A stretch of 64,000 nt of DNA from Carcharhinus amblyrhynchos (lineage: Eukaryota), in contig OZ336883.1 of NCBI GenBank assembly GCA_965287045.1, positions 62,372,001 to 62,436,000 on the forward strand. The letters run 5' to 3'. Within the stretch, counting starts at the first letter, position 1. The number at the start of each line of letters is the position of its first letter. A program made the position numbers and the translations under genes. This document shows, one piece after another, positions 39,996-53,571 of the stretch. Under the pieces are notes generated by a model, which had not been told where the DNA came from, did not search any database, and saw nothing but the letters and a program-made list of their open reading frames with translations.

Positions 39996-40880
39996 CATTA
40001 CCAAGTAAATAAGTAAACAGAGAATTGTTCACCAATGCCACCATATTAAAGTTCACTTAGCTTCTACATGTTTCTATAGGGACTTTATCTTTCAAATTAC
40101 TTCTTAAAATATTACAATTGTGACATACTTTTTCTTACTAACATTTTCTCCTCTCACCTCCCCCAAAGAAGACACTTTTATTTCACTGAAGTGAGCATTA
40201 ATAACAGTCTGTGTGATCACTGTATGTTGTATTTGAGCCTGATACCATCCTCACCAAAGGCTCACACAAGGGTTACCTATCTTCATCTCTTCTTGCCTAA
40301 ATAGGACAACCCTTCTCCCTAGTCTTAAAATACAAATCAATTAAGAAAGAACAGGATTGCCTAAGCACAAATATTCTATCAAGCCCTACATTATAAGAGT
40401 TGGTCTGCATATGAATCTATGCATTGAGTGGATACAGATATTAATGGGTTGAGGTGAGCCTTTTTAAAACAAATATAATAGCAAATGGAACAGTCCTCTT
40501 GGAGAGGGGTTGTTTTAAAGGAGAGAAACTGAGTGCCATATTTCTGTGATCACCATATCAGCCAAGGTAACTTTGTAACCTAAAGGAGTAATTGATTGCA
40601 TTTTATATATTTCTCTTCATTTGATTACGATTTATTCTAGAGTGCAAAGAATAACATTTCCTTATATCTTGTGAACATGCTATTAGATTTTCTATATGCA
40701 GTACAACAAAAAGCACAATGGAATAGATGTTAGGAAGAGGACCAAAAAAAAAGACAGGCTTACATTTTATAGAACATTTCACAACATAGATAGGTCTGTA
40801 GGTTGGTAGGTGTTGATGTGATTCTCGCAACTCGTGGGCCGAAGGGCCTGTTTGTGCTGTAGTGTTCTATGTTCTATGTT

Positions 40881-41150
40881 AACATCACATCCCGAAGCAT
40901 TTTACAATTAATTACTTTTGAAGTACAGTCAATATTAAAATGTAGGGAACCTGACAACCAGTTTAGACATAGGAAAGTCAAACAGATAAATGCATGAGTA
41001 ATTTATCTATTTTATTTGAGGAATGAAAGTTGGCCGGGGCAGAACTTCCCACTTTCCTTTGAATTATGCAATGGATTCTTTTACATGTCATCAGAATGAT
41101 GAAACCTCCCACAATGCAACACTTCCATAGTACTGTACTGTTGTCCATGC
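40881..41150 (-). mobile_element. Decayed DeuSINE
   Basis: CATCCCGAAGCATTTTACA...TACTTTTGAAGTACAGTCAAT...ATGTAGGGAAC...CTTTTACATGTC; preceded by a short plus-strand CR1 tail at about 40820-40880. Confidence 0.6.
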
Positions 41151-41513
41151 CATTGATGTGGGGCTTTAACTCTGAACTAGCACACATGCTGCTGCAGAAT
41201 TCTTACATAAATAGTCCAAAGACTGTCAGAAAGCTTTGGACAACAGTGGCTGGCTGCAATGCTTCTCACAGCTCTTATGAGCCCTGATATTACCAGTATC
41301 TGAAATCAATTTTCAATTCTTGGCCACACTTCTGTCATATGCTAACAACTTGATACACTTTTAATGTTTGTACAGACACAACACGTCTGAACAAATATTC
41401 ATTGCAGTCTGAGCTTCACTGTGCCAATCTGAGCAACTTGTTCCTTTGAAATGTTGAATTCCAAGTTGAGAAAGAAGATAGTATATAAGATGCACAAGCT
41501 GCTGAACCTTGAC

Positions 41514-41853
41514 GGGCGGCACGGTAGCACAGTGGTTAGCACTGTTGCTTCACAGCTCCAGGGTCCTGGGTTCGATTCCCAGCTCGGGTCACTGTCTGTG
41601 TGGAGTTTGCATGTTCTCCTCGTGTCTGCGTGGGTTTCCTCCGGGTACTCAGTTTCCTCCCACAGTCCAAAGATGTGTGGGTTAGGTTGATTGGCCATGC
41701 TAAGAAATTGCCCCTTAGTGTCCAGGGATGTGTAGGTTAGAGGGATTAGTGGGTATAATATGTCGAGATATGGGGGTAGGGCCTGGGTGGGATTGTGTTC
41801 GGTGCAGACTCGATGGGCCGAAGGTCCTCTTTCTGCACTGTAGGGTTCTATGA
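41514..41853 (+). mobile_element. HE1-like V-SINE, full length and well preserved
   Basis: GGGCGGCACGGTAGCACAGTGGTTAGC...GGTTCGATTCC...GTGTGGAGTTTGCATGTTCTCC...GATGGGCCGAAGG...CTGCACTGTAGGGTTCTATGA. Confidence 0.95.
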
Positions 41854-44448
41854 CTGTAAGGAAGTGCTGCCAACTACTGTTGTCCAAAGCAATCAGACAC
41901 ATGTTTGGATCATTCCTCGAAGAATTTGAAATAAATCTCAAGTTCGAGGTTTTGTCTTTGCTAAATTAGCCAATCTTTGGTTGAAGATCCTTTGTTTTTG
42001 AAGTGCTATAGCTTGTCCCGGGGTATTCCAGCCAGGGAGGGGAGTAAACACAGCAGCATTTCCAAACAACCTGTTTCGTGATCTCTGCTGAAGGGTTTAT
42101 ATCTGTTTGGGTGAACAGGGTCAGGCAATTTATCTGTTTTATGCCAACAAAACACATTTATTGCAAAGACGCCAAGTAAGTTCCATACATTCACATGGAA
42201 CTGCCTAACGTTTGACCTTGTGACTCTTTTGTTTATCTGGAATGGAATCATTTGCCTGCAGCATTGGCATTAATTATAAGGTTTGGCCACCAGCCTCCTT
42301 TAAAAGCAATAGTTTGTTTAATTCTGGCAATAATTAAGTAACTTTTTGCCCTGTTCTTTAATAAATCGCTTCCTGATGCTTAGAGGTTGGTTAAAGACAG
42401 GAGCGATGCTGGAACTAGAAAGGTCTCAATCATTTTATAGTGGAAAGTGTGATGAAAACTATTGCAAGTGATAGATAAATGTGAAAAAGAATGAAACCAA
42501 TAGCCAGTCTGCAACTCAGAAAAACAAATTGAGAACTTTTATGTTTCATTTTCTGCCTGCTTTTTATAACAAAAGTGGCAGTTGCCTGCTTTCATCAACT
42601 CCGATTAGATTAAATTCAAATATTATTTTATAAGCTGTGCAATGAGAGAGCTCAATATCCTGTGTCACAGAATGGTTGTACGTACATTCATTCCCTTGAC
42701 TTTCTACCAATTTCCCACTCTCAGCTATGCCACTGAACAGAATGAGGAAGGATCACTCTGGTTTCAGAGCAGCATTACTGGAATCCAAGACCAGCTTTGA
42801 ATGAATGTAAGAAAATGTACCCTTTTGGGTAGTCATCACAACTGTGTATTTAACAAAAAAGAATCCAGTTTGATTTTTTATTTTTTTCGTGAGTAATCAT
42901 TATCTACATATTTTAATTTATTTTTAAGTTTTACTTCAATAGGTGAAGCCCAAATATAGCTACTTTACATGGAATAGAAAATGATTTGGCCAGTGGCCCA
43001 GGGATTATTGTTAATGACTGATACATATAGGTGACCCCAGAAGATTGTTATTGATCAGAGTTACTAAACACTCGATAGTGCTGTAAACAACTCAACAATG
43101 AACAGCTGATTAGTCAGTTTCTCTTCCTATTGAATTTCTGCAAACATTAGTGTCCTTGTTTTGATCTGTTTTCAGCTTAGGATGGTCACCGAGTGCAGTG
43201 CTTGCTCAGTTGTTCAACATGACATTGTTAAGCAGTATTGCACTCAATGTAGATTTTGGGTTGACTGTGATGAAGCAAAATTAAATCATTATTATTAAAC
43301 CACTTTTATCAAAACTGTCTTTCCCTACGGTCTACACCCTATGAAATGCTCCCTTCCAATATTTCTCCTCTTCATTTTGAATTGTATTTTAGATTCTGTT
43401 TCCACTGTTGTTTTAAAAAGATGATTACAAGTCTTAACCATCCTTTGTGTAAAAGATATTCAAACATGTTTCTTCTTTCTTTTCATCTTGATTGTACATT
43501 ATTTTTCGCAAGTTAACAACTCAGTCTTTTTGCAATACCCCTGACATAAATGTTTTATCATTTTGAACATCTGAATCATTTCTTTATCCAAATGGAAAGA
43601 GCTCCATATCTGCTCAATACTGTGCTGTTTGATATGTCTGTATGTGCTGAGATTACCTGTTCAATAAGACAGTTTATCAGCAATGTTAAGTAGTATTGCA
43701 AAGTGTGGTTTGAGATTCCAGCATTCATGTCATCTGTACAGCTAAAGCAAACTGTGCAAAATTTATTATGTATGGATAAAATGATATGAATGTGTGATTT
43801 GAGTATTCCCTGTGCATGACCATTACAAGTGGTAATCACACAAATCACTCTACTAAACAGTAATTAGACATTTTGCACCTTCTTTAAATTTCTTAGCATA
43901 TCTTTGATATCCATTACCAATGCTCTTTTCTTCTCAGCTCAATATTTCACTGGAAATCCATAGTACAAAAGAAATGAGTGTAGCTGGTACAATGCAAGCA
44001 ACTGTAAACTTGTGAAGATGCAAAATCCCCAATTTTAATTTCAGGAGCAGCAAATTAAGCTTCCTGATGTGCCGTGATGTGAATGCCAGTGATCCCAAAG
44101 GAATGGCTTATCCAGCACAAGTTTGTAAGCTGGTTATGTGCCAATTTTGTCAGTAAGGAATGAATATATAGCAGAGGGACAGTAAAGAGAGAAAAAAGAA
44201 CAATGTTTTATTTAAAATGGGGAAAATGACGGATATTTGTGCTGGAAGATCTTCAATGTTTACAGTTTGTGTTTAAGATACTGATGGTTTACATCCCCAC
44301 TTAATTATTTGCTTAATGTTTTGCAAACCAGCTGCTCCAGACACGTGTCTGTAATATGTTTATACTGTAAAGCCTTTGCTTTGAAAAATTTCAATGAATT
44401 GTTACAGTTGCTTTTTCATGAGTTTCACATGCCATCACTCGATGGGTT

Positions 44449-45270
44449 GTAAGAACATGAGAAATAGGAGCAGGAGTAGGCCATCTAGCCCTTTGTGCCT
44501 GCCCCGCCATTCAATAAGATCATGGCTGATCTGAAGTGGATCAGTTCCACTTTCCCGCTCTCTCCCCATAACCCTTAATCCCCTTGTGTATCAAAAACCT
44601 ATCTACCCGTGACTTAAATATATTTAGCGAGGTAGCCTCCACCACTTCAACGGGCAGAGAATTCCACAGATTCACCACCCTTTGAGTGAAGAAGTTCCTC
44701 CTCAACTCCAATCTAAACTGCCCCCCCCCCCCCTTATCTTGAGGCTGTGCCCTCGAGTCCTGCTATCCTTTCTAAGCGGGAAGAATCTCTCTACCTCTAC
44801 CCTATCCATCCCCTTCATTATCTTATATGTCTCTATGAGATCCCCCCTCATCCTTCTAAACTCCAACAAGTACAGACCCACTCTATTTAGTCTCTCTTCA
44901 TAGTCCAACCCCCTCATCTCTGGTACCAGCCTAATGAACCTCCTCTGCACTCCCTCCAATGCCAAAATATCCTTCTGCAAATGCAGCGACCAAAACTGCA
45001 CACAGTACTCCAGCTGCGGCCTCACCAGTACCCTGTACAGTTGCAGCAAGACTTCCCTACTTTTATATTCTAACCCCTTGCTATAAAGGCCAACATTCCA
45101 TTTGCCGCCTTGATCACCTGCAGACTGGGTTTTTGCAACTCATGCATAAGGACCCCCAGGTCCCTCTGCACCGTAGCATGCTGCAGCTTTTCACCTTTTA
45201 AATAATAATCCCTCCTACTATTATTTCTGCCAAAGTGGATAACCTCACACTTGCCAACATTATACTCCAT
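44449..45270 (-). mobile_element. Young CR1 3' fragment
   Basis: Nearly the same sequence as 11757-12575 ([21 protein letters not shown]). Confidence 0.95.
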
Positions 45271-45984
45271 CCCATGGTGTCATTCTATATTTGCTCTTGC
45301 CAGTCTGAAAAATTAAGCATGTCTATTTAATTTATTTTAAAAGTATGCTTCATAAAAAATACATTTACTGCAAGTATACATAACCCACAGAGAGTGGTGC
45401 TTTGTACAAAGAATGCTAATGCTGCAGTCAAGGTAATTCACTAATAGAGTTTGTAAGTTGCATGCCAAGTACTAGTTGCGGTTTGACTTATAGAATACAA
45501 GCATCCTGAACATGCATCCTCTATATATCTTGCACTTCACAAAATGGATGTGTTATATACTGTTGATAATGTTTATTAATTATGTTTATGTTTGGCCGTT
45601 AATTCACAATAGCATTCAGGCTGTGTCTTCACTGCATTTTATTTGTAGAAAAGTTACAAAAAGCACTGTCCCTTTAAGATGCTTGTTATTTGGCTGTCAC
45701 TGAGTTGCTACCCACCTTGTCAGGTCTAACAGTTTATCTAAGGTGAAACATGAATCATATCGATTATGCATTTTTTTTTGTTGCCAGGAAAACATCTTGC
45801 CTTTATATCATTTATTCAATTATCATTTTTCCTCTTGTATCAGATATACTGATATGATCAACATTAGCTGATTTAGACAGATTGTTTTCCCTTTCTACTT
45901 CCATTATTTGAAAACTACAAGGTGTGAAACATTGCTGTAATATAAGGATAATCATGAAGGTTGGCATCTGCTTTTTTTCCAGTA

Positions 45985-47290
45985 TACATGGAATATAGGA
46001 ATGGAAAGTTATTCAGCCCATCAGCTGTGTTCAGCCATTCAGTTAGATTGGAGCTGATCTGTGCCTCAACCCAATTTGTCCACAATTGTTCCATATCCCC
46101 GCATCCTCTTGCGTAATTTTTTTTTTTAAAAATCCATTGATCTCAATCTCAAGATTTCACAGACTTTTGGGGGAAGAATTTTATACTTTCACTAAATTTT
46201 GTGTGGAAACAGTTGTCCACAATTTCATTCCTGAAAAGTGCAGCTCTGATTTTAAATTGTATCCCCTATTTCTGAATTACCTACCGTATCCTCCCTGTAG
46301 CTACGCTATTGGATTCTTCAAACACCTCAGTTACAAACTCTTTTATCTTTTATACCCAAGGGAATGCAACATGCCCTCAACATTTAACCTTTTTAGCCGC
46401 GGTTTCGTTCTGTACTGTTTCAATGGCCATTATATCTTTCCTGAGGTGCGTTACCCACAATGAAAGCAACACTCCAGATGGAACCTGATTAGGGCTCTGT
46501 ACTATTGAAATATAACTTCCTCATCTTTTGTACTGCAAACTCATTGAGATAATCGTCCATACTCCATCAGCTTTTCTGACTATATTTTGTACATATACAT
46601 TTACTTCAAGTCATTTATGTACCTGGGCATCCAAATCTTTATTCCTTGCTATTTTGGAATGATCTTTCTTGAATCCACATTTTCTTATATTGAACTCCAT
46701 TTGCCAGAGTTTAACCCACTCACTCAATTAATTAGGGGTGGCACAATGGTTAGCACTGCTGTCTCTCAGTGCCAGGGACCAGGGTTTGACTCCAGCCTTG
46801 GGTGACTTTCTGTGCGGAGTTTGCACATTATCCCTGTGTTTGCATGGGTTTCCTTTGGGTGCTCCGGTTTCCTCCCACAGTCCAAAAGGTTAGGTGCATT
46901 GGCCATGCTAAATTCTCCCCGAACAGGTGCTGGAGTTTGGCAACTAGGGGATTTTCACAGTAACTTCATTGCAGTGTTAATGTAATCCCACTTGGGACAA
47001 TAATAAATAAATCTAAACCTAATTTGTCCATATCTTTTTTGTATCTTCCTTCTTGCTGCATAACTTACTGTTCCAGTAAACCTAGGGGTATCTGTACACC
47101 TTCCTCCATTCCTTCTTCCAGATCATTAATATACACAGTGATATGCTGAGGCCCCATTCCAGATCCCTAGAGAACATTCATTTCCATCAGAATCCATTTC
47201 CTTTCTCCCCACTTTCTGCCTCCTACCTTCCATGAATTGTCTTGCAGTTTAATAATTTCTAGTGCAAAACCTTTCAAGCCTTCTGGAAGA
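45985..47290 (-). mobile_element. Highly decayed CR1 with SINE insertion
   Basis: CR1-like 3'UTR at about 45990-46100 and decayed RT-like sequence. Confidence 0.6.
46735..47018 (+). mobile_element. V-SINE with alternative tail
   Basis: HE1-type head and V-domain, then CCGAACAGGTGCTGGAG...GGGATTTTCACAGTAACTTCATTGCAGTGTTAATGTAA...AATAAATAAA. Confidence 0.88.
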
Positions 47291-47682
47291 TCATGTCAGT
47301 AACATCCATAGGCAATCCTTCAAAAATTCAAACAGATTACTTACATGTGACCTGTGCTTCAGAATTCCTAGGTGACTTTCCAATTGCCCTCCTGCCTGCA
47401 GTGGGAACTGTCTACAGCTTTAAGTTGATTACTGAGTGCAAAGCCATTACTCTGGTTGAGCCCTTTAATACCAATTAATGGCCACTTCTCATATGGCCTC
47501 AATTTTAAGGCTGGTGGGAGGAGTTTGGGAGCAAGGGAGAAGCCTTGCAATTCACTCTATACAGTCCCCATATAGGAAAGGCCTCCTTACTAAATCAGGT
47601 ACCTCTCCCATCATGTCAGCCTCCTACTTCCTCGCGCGCACCCACATCCCACGATAAGGTTTACCAACTGTGGTTTCTCCTT

Positions 47683-47762
47683 CCTCCCCACTCTCCCCAT
47701 CAATACCGCCACTCCTCTCTCCCCTCCCCACCCTCCCCATCAATACTGCCACTCCTCTCTTC
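47683..47762 (+). repeat. 40-bp tandem duplication within a GC-rich transposon-like segment (about 47370-48073)
   Basis: CCTCCCCACTCTCCCCATCAATACCGCCACTCCTCTCTCC twice with few mismatches. Confidence 0.85.
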
Positions 47763-48539
47763 CCCTGGACCTCATCTCCCCACCATGAGACCACTTCAAG
47801 TTACTTGGTCTAGACTTTGGGACTTAGAATCTGGGAACTGCCTGTGATACCAGTCCATATCACTGGTGCTGCTTGGATAGTTGACCCACTGACCAACCAG
47901 ATTGGCCAGCAGCTCTCACGATCTCCTTCCAAGTGACGACAGAAGTCTTATTTCCAGCCAATTAACCTCCCTTAGAATATTAAATTGCTTTGAGGCCGCT
48001 GCAATGTGTAGAGATGCATTCCCACCAACTGGACAATGGAGCACAAAATCCTATCATATGAAAAATCCTGCCCATTGACTTAGATTCTCTGGCTGGAATT
48101 TCTCAGCCATGCACGCTGGTGGTCCTGCCAATGGCTCACCCGCAGCATGGGTTTCCCAGCATTCAGCAGAAAACTTCATTGACAACAGCGAGACCAGAAA
48201 TTCTTGCTGCTAGCCAATGATGGGCTCCTGTGCTGCTGCGAAACATGTGGCAGATTGCTTGGAAATCCCATCCTCTATAATGCATTGGATAGGATTGTAT
48301 TCTTATATTAAGATTACACGATACCTGTATTTAAAAAAAATACAATTTAAAATTCTTTCCTATCATCTTCTAACATCGGTGCATAGTGACAACAGTGTGT
48401 TACACTTACTGATTCAAAATCCTGCAATTCCCTTCCTTAACTATACCACATGGACTGCAGCAGTTCAAAAAGATAACTGATTATCACCTGATTGGAGCAA
48501 TTGGGCCAAACCAGTTACATCCAAATGTCAAGATCCTAA

Positions 48540-50150
48540 GGAAGATGGTTGTGGTTGTTGGAGGTCAGTTATCTCAGTCCCATGGTATTGCAGCAAGAAT
48601 TCCTCAGGTGTGTGTCATAGACTCAACCATCTTTAGCTGTTTCACTAATGACCTTCCCTCCATCATAATGTTAGAAGCGGAGATGTTCGCTGATGATAGT
48701 GTAATGTTCAGTGGTGTTGACGGCTCAACAGACGCTGAAGTAGTTTAGTTCCATATGCAGTGTCCTCGAATTTTATGACCCTTCTGAATTGTTGGGTTAA
48801 GAATGACTGGCAGGTGGTACCTTGGGACAGTTTTTTTTCACCAGAGAAATCCACAGGGTTTTAATTTAATTTTGGCAGGAGCTATTTGGACAGCAGACTG
48901 AAAGCAGTGTATTTTTTTTTTGTTTCTCTCTCTGGTATTGGCAATTCTACTATCTGTGGCTGGCTAGCTAGAAGCTAGAGGCAAGTAGTGTCTCTGTCTC
49001 TCGAAGTGTGCTGAAAGTCCTAGGGGAGGAAGGCTTCAGCGTTTCAATTCCATATCCAAAGGTCTAATTCACAGCAGGTGTTGCAAAGCTGCAAGATCCA
49101 GCATCACATGAGCATTCTTGCTTTCTGTGCTATGGGAGTTGTTTAGCTTGGAACAGTATCCATAGCTTTGAGGTTTATGCAATGTTTTAGTTGTGTTTTT
49201 GTATTTGGTAGAAGTTATTGATGATTCTTCTTATTTTGCTTAACTGTGTTCTTAAATAAACTTTGTTTGACAAAAGCTCCCTAGTGGGTCAGTTGAATCA
49301 TACCTGGAGTGAAATAGCTTATGCTTACCCATGCCAAATTCAAAGTGCAAAACATACAGTCTAGGCTAACTAAATAAAACACCTTGGAGTTTCTGACCTG
49401 GATAATAACCACACAATCAGCAGGCATTATCCATCCCCAACAAGAGGGAATCTAATTAGACTCCCTTGTCATTAAGTACCATCACTTAAACCCCCCACTA
49501 TCAACATCCTGGAGGTAGTCATGGGCCGAAAACTTGACTGGACCAACCATATAAATACTGTGGCAACAAGCGCAGGTCAGGGACTATGAATCCTGTGGTG
49601 ATTAACTCAATCGACTTCCCAAAGCCTGTCCTCCATTTACAAGGCACAAGTATGAAGTGTAGTGGAATACTCTCCACTTGCCTGGATGAGTGCAGTTCCA
49701 ACAACGGTCAAGAATCCCACTGGATTGACACTTCACCCACCATCACCTTAAACATTTACTCCCTCCAGTGCCAATGCACAGTGGCATAAATGTGTACCAT
49801 CTATAAGATGCACTGCAGCAACTCACCAAAGCTCCTTCAACAGCACTTTCCAAACAGCAACTTCAACCTCTTAAAAAGGTGAAGGCTGCAGATAAATGGG
49901 ATCACCACCACGTGCAAGTTCCCCTCCAAGCTGCAAACCATCCTGATTTGGAACAATATCACCACTGCTTCACTTGTCATTGGGTCAAAATCCTGGCATT
50001 CCTTTCCTAACAGCATTGTGCATGTGCCTACACTACATGCACTGCAGATGTTCAAGAGGTCAACTCACCACCAACTTCTCAAGGGCATTATATAATGGGC
50101 AATAAATGTGGACCCAACCAGTGGCCTCTCCCAGGAAAGATAAATAAGAA
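48540..50150 (+). mobile_element. CR1-clade LINE 3' part interrupted by an LTR-like insert
   Basis: MVVVVGGQLSQ...IFSCFTNDLPSII...MFADD at 48545-48748; resumes at 49410 through to a tail with AATAAA. Confidence 0.85.
48761..49409 (+). mobile_element. Probable solo LTR (Gypsy-like)
   Basis: About 650-bp non-coding insert starting TGT, AATAAA at 49255, ending CCTGGATAATAAC; interrupts a LINE RT; no TSD found. Confidence 0.5.
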
Positions 50151-50299
50151 CATTTTTTAAAAATTAAATGGATAGAAATGTAGTGGATAATTTGTCAGAG
50201 ATGCAGCAGAAGTCTCTAATCAATGGATGGAAACTGATGCCATTGTAATGTGATTTCTTAGTGATCTCCAAGCTGGTCTGGAGCTATGGAATCCTCATT

Positions 50300-50590
50300 G
50301 GCACAGTGGTTAGCATTGCTGCCTAATAGCACTAGAAACCCAGGGTAGGTCCCCAGCTTGGGTCACTATCTGTGCAGAGTTTACACATTTACCCTGTATC
50401 TGGGTGGGTCTCCTCAGATGCTCCGGTTCCTACCACACACTAAAGATGTGTGCGATGGTCATGCTAAATTTTCTCCTTCAGTGTACCCGAACAGTTGCTG
50501 GAGAATGGCGACTTGGTGATTTTCACAGTAACTTCATTGCAGTGTTGATGTAAGCCTACTTGTGACACTAATAATTAATTAATAAATAAA
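50300..50590 (+). mobile_element. V-SINE with alternative tail
   Basis: Same organisation as 46735-47018. Confidence 0.85.
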
Positions 50591-51261
50591 TGAATACTGG
50601 ACATGCAATGCATCCAGCCAGGAACTTAGTTTCTCAAATCTATGCTCTAAATTGGCTCTCATAACGGACTGAAATTTCAGTTCCATCCCTTTCAGTGGGG
50701 TTATTTTAGTGTAGCCTTACTTGATGATCACACAAAGTGGTGTCTCTGGAAGAGACAGCATCACTACTTAAGGGATTCACGTAGCTGAAGCTAGATTCTT
50801 GTAAGCCGATGCCTTTTTCCCCCTCTGTATTTTTAGTCAGTTGATATGATGGTGCGCTCCAAATGAAAATCCTCTGAATGTTTCAGGAGGGGAGAATATC
50901 TCTAGCTAAATAATTCACTTTAACCAATACAAGATTCTTGTATATTGATGTATTTTCCCCCCTCAGTATTTTTGTATTTAAGGGCATACTTTAAATTGAA
51001 GTTCTCACAAAGTTTCCTCTCTTCTGTTTTAAATGCTTATTTTACTGTTCAGGTTCAGCTTCTGAATGATGATTCGATGAACTCTGCCTCAAATCTTTTC
51101 AATTTTGATGTTATCCTTGTAAAAATCCTAATTCAAGCATAATATTTCTTGATTCAGTAATTGTGCATCCATTAAGGTTCCACAATCTGCTGCAAATGTG
51201 ACCCGAAAGAAGTTAGTCTGTTCAGATGTAAACCAGCTTTTAAGAGCAGGGGGATACAGGA

Positions 51262-51859
51262 ATTGGGATTTCTTGTCGAAGTTGTACAAGACATTGGTAA
51301 GGCCACACTTGGAATACTGTGTGCAATTCTGGTCACCCTATTATAGAAAGGATATTATTAAACTAGAAAGAGTGCAGAAAAGATTTACTAGCATGCTACC
51401 GGGACTTGACTGAGTTATAAGGAGATGCTGAATAGACTGGGACTTTCTTCTCTGGAGTGTAGGAGGCTGAGGAGTGATCTTATAGAAGTCTATAAAATAA
51501 TGAGGGGCATAGACAAGGTAGATAGTCAATATCTTTTCCCAAAGGTAGGGGAGTCTAAAACTAGGGGGCATAGGTTTAAGTTGAGAGGGGAGAGATACAG
51601 AAGTGTCCAGAGGAGCAGTTTTTCACACAGAGGGTGTTGAGTGTCTGGAACAAGCTGCCAGAGGTAGTAGTAGAGGCGGTACAATTTTATCTTTTAAAAA
51701 GCATTTAGATAGTTACATGGGTACAATGGGTATAGAGGGATATGGGCCAAATGCGGGCAATTGGGATTAGCTTATGGGCTTAAAAAAAATAAGGGTGGTA
51801 TGGACAAGTTGGGCCGAAGAGAGCCTGTTTCCATGCTGTAAACCTCTATGACTCTATGA
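51262..51859 (+). mobile_element. CR1 3' end
   Basis: [36 protein letters not shown]; CTCTATGACTCTATGA tail. Confidence 0.95.
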
Positions 51860-52084
51860 GAAAACTTTTCTGTCCTCGAGCCTGTACCTACATTCAGTTA
51901 GATCGTAATTGATTTATATCTCAACTCCATCGATGTACTTTCATTCCGTAATTCCAAATACCCTTTCCTAACAAAAACCTGTTGTTCAATCAATTGACCA
52001 TGACCTTTTGAAGGAGTGGGTTCCATGTTTCTGCTATCCTTTTCGGAACCGCGAGTGCTAACATAAAAATAGTCTCAATGCTAC

Positions 52085-53176
52085 ATTGTCTACACTGTCT
52101 CATCAGGGCTGATTCTTCAAATGTGGATGTGGAACTGCAAAAACTGAGACCCATGTGTATGCGTGTGTCTGTCTGTCTATAGGTCTCAACATGTCCCGAG
52201 TGTTTCCACCCATGCACATATTGGCAGTGGTGGCGCCATCCTCAGTCCAGCATTTAAAGTTCTTGGGCCCAGAGCCAAACCACCCGGGTAGGGATAAATG
52301 GTGCAAAACCGGATCAGAACCGAGGAATGGAATGCCATAGCAGAGGAGTATTGGGACAGGAGAGGACCCAGAGTAGGAGAGAATCGGGGCTAGAAACACC
52401 AGGAGGAGGAAACCACCAGAAGGTGACTGCTGGTAGGAACCACCAAGGAGAGCTCTGGATAGAGGAGCAAATAAAGAGGCTCCACGCAGTAAAAGTGCTG
52501 TGGTTGATAAAGTCCATGTAGTGAGGGTTGGGGGAAGTGCTGGAAAACTGAAAAGGCAATGGAAAGTCGATGACTCCATGTTCCAGGCCATTGGAGTAGT
52601 GGGGTTCTGCTATGAATGGATACCTAGCCAGAGTTGTGCCATGATTTGGTGCTGGAGTGTAGACTCAGCAATTCAAAGGGATGTAATCTCAGGAAACAAG
52701 TTTGAAATCCCATGAGGTGAGCAGTCATTGAGGCAGTTCAAGTCAGAATGACCTTTGGAGGGAATTCCAAAGCTAGATTTTTGAGGGTGAATACTGCAAA
52801 TTCCTCATTAGGGAGACAGAGTTTTAATGAAATTGTGTAACTCACAATGGATACTGATGTCTAGGTTGGTGCTGAGAAATCCATGGGATCTGGTCACATC
52901 TGCCAGGTATTGTGTAGTACGTTTGACCACAGTTTATTTGTTAATTCACATGTATCTCGTATTAATCCCGAATGTTAGTGTATGAGATAGATATTGTAAA
53001 TTATTTTACTTTTCTAATTTTGTATGATTTTATTTTGTTCAAAAACCATGAAAACTTGTGGCTTTATTCTCTTTGTAAGTACTTTGGAGCTCAAATTTTG
53101 TCTAATTGGAAAAAAAAGTTACCACTCCCAACCAGATCATACCAAAAACATGGGTGTCTGGTCGCGTATCATAACG
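52085..53176 (+). mobile_element. Possible solo LTR
   Basis: About 1.1-kb non-coding block, purine-rich then T-rich, ending GTCTGGTCGCGTATCATAACG like Gypsy LTR ends; 5' boundary uncertain. Confidence 0.3.
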
Positions 53177-53571
53177 GTGTGCAAGACTGTCAAGAAGATA
53201 GTATGGAAGATAGTGTCAAGGGTATAAATCTGCAGCGATGAGGGGTAATTGCTGCTTTCTTTTTCTTTAATTGTTCAGTTTATTTCCTTTTTCACCTTTT
53301 CTTCTGAAGACAGTTGAGTGACTCATGTTGGAGCGCAGTTCTACAGAAACTGAATGCGCACTAATATCTCACTCAGGGAGACTTTTCTTCATTTGTAAGA
53401 CTAGACCATTGATGTTGGAGGGTTACTTGGTCATGGAGGAAATCCTAACCAAGCACATCTTCCTTACCTGTGGGCCAATTGTCCCAGCACCACTGTTGAT
53501 CTGGTTGCAATCAGCTTTCTCCATTGGGCACAAGATTAAACCTGGAACCTCCTTTTACTCCATCTTATTAC

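Noticed and set aside
41514-41590. tRNA-like A and B boxes
   Set aside because: Head of a V-SINE, continuing directly into the V-domain; not a tRNA gene
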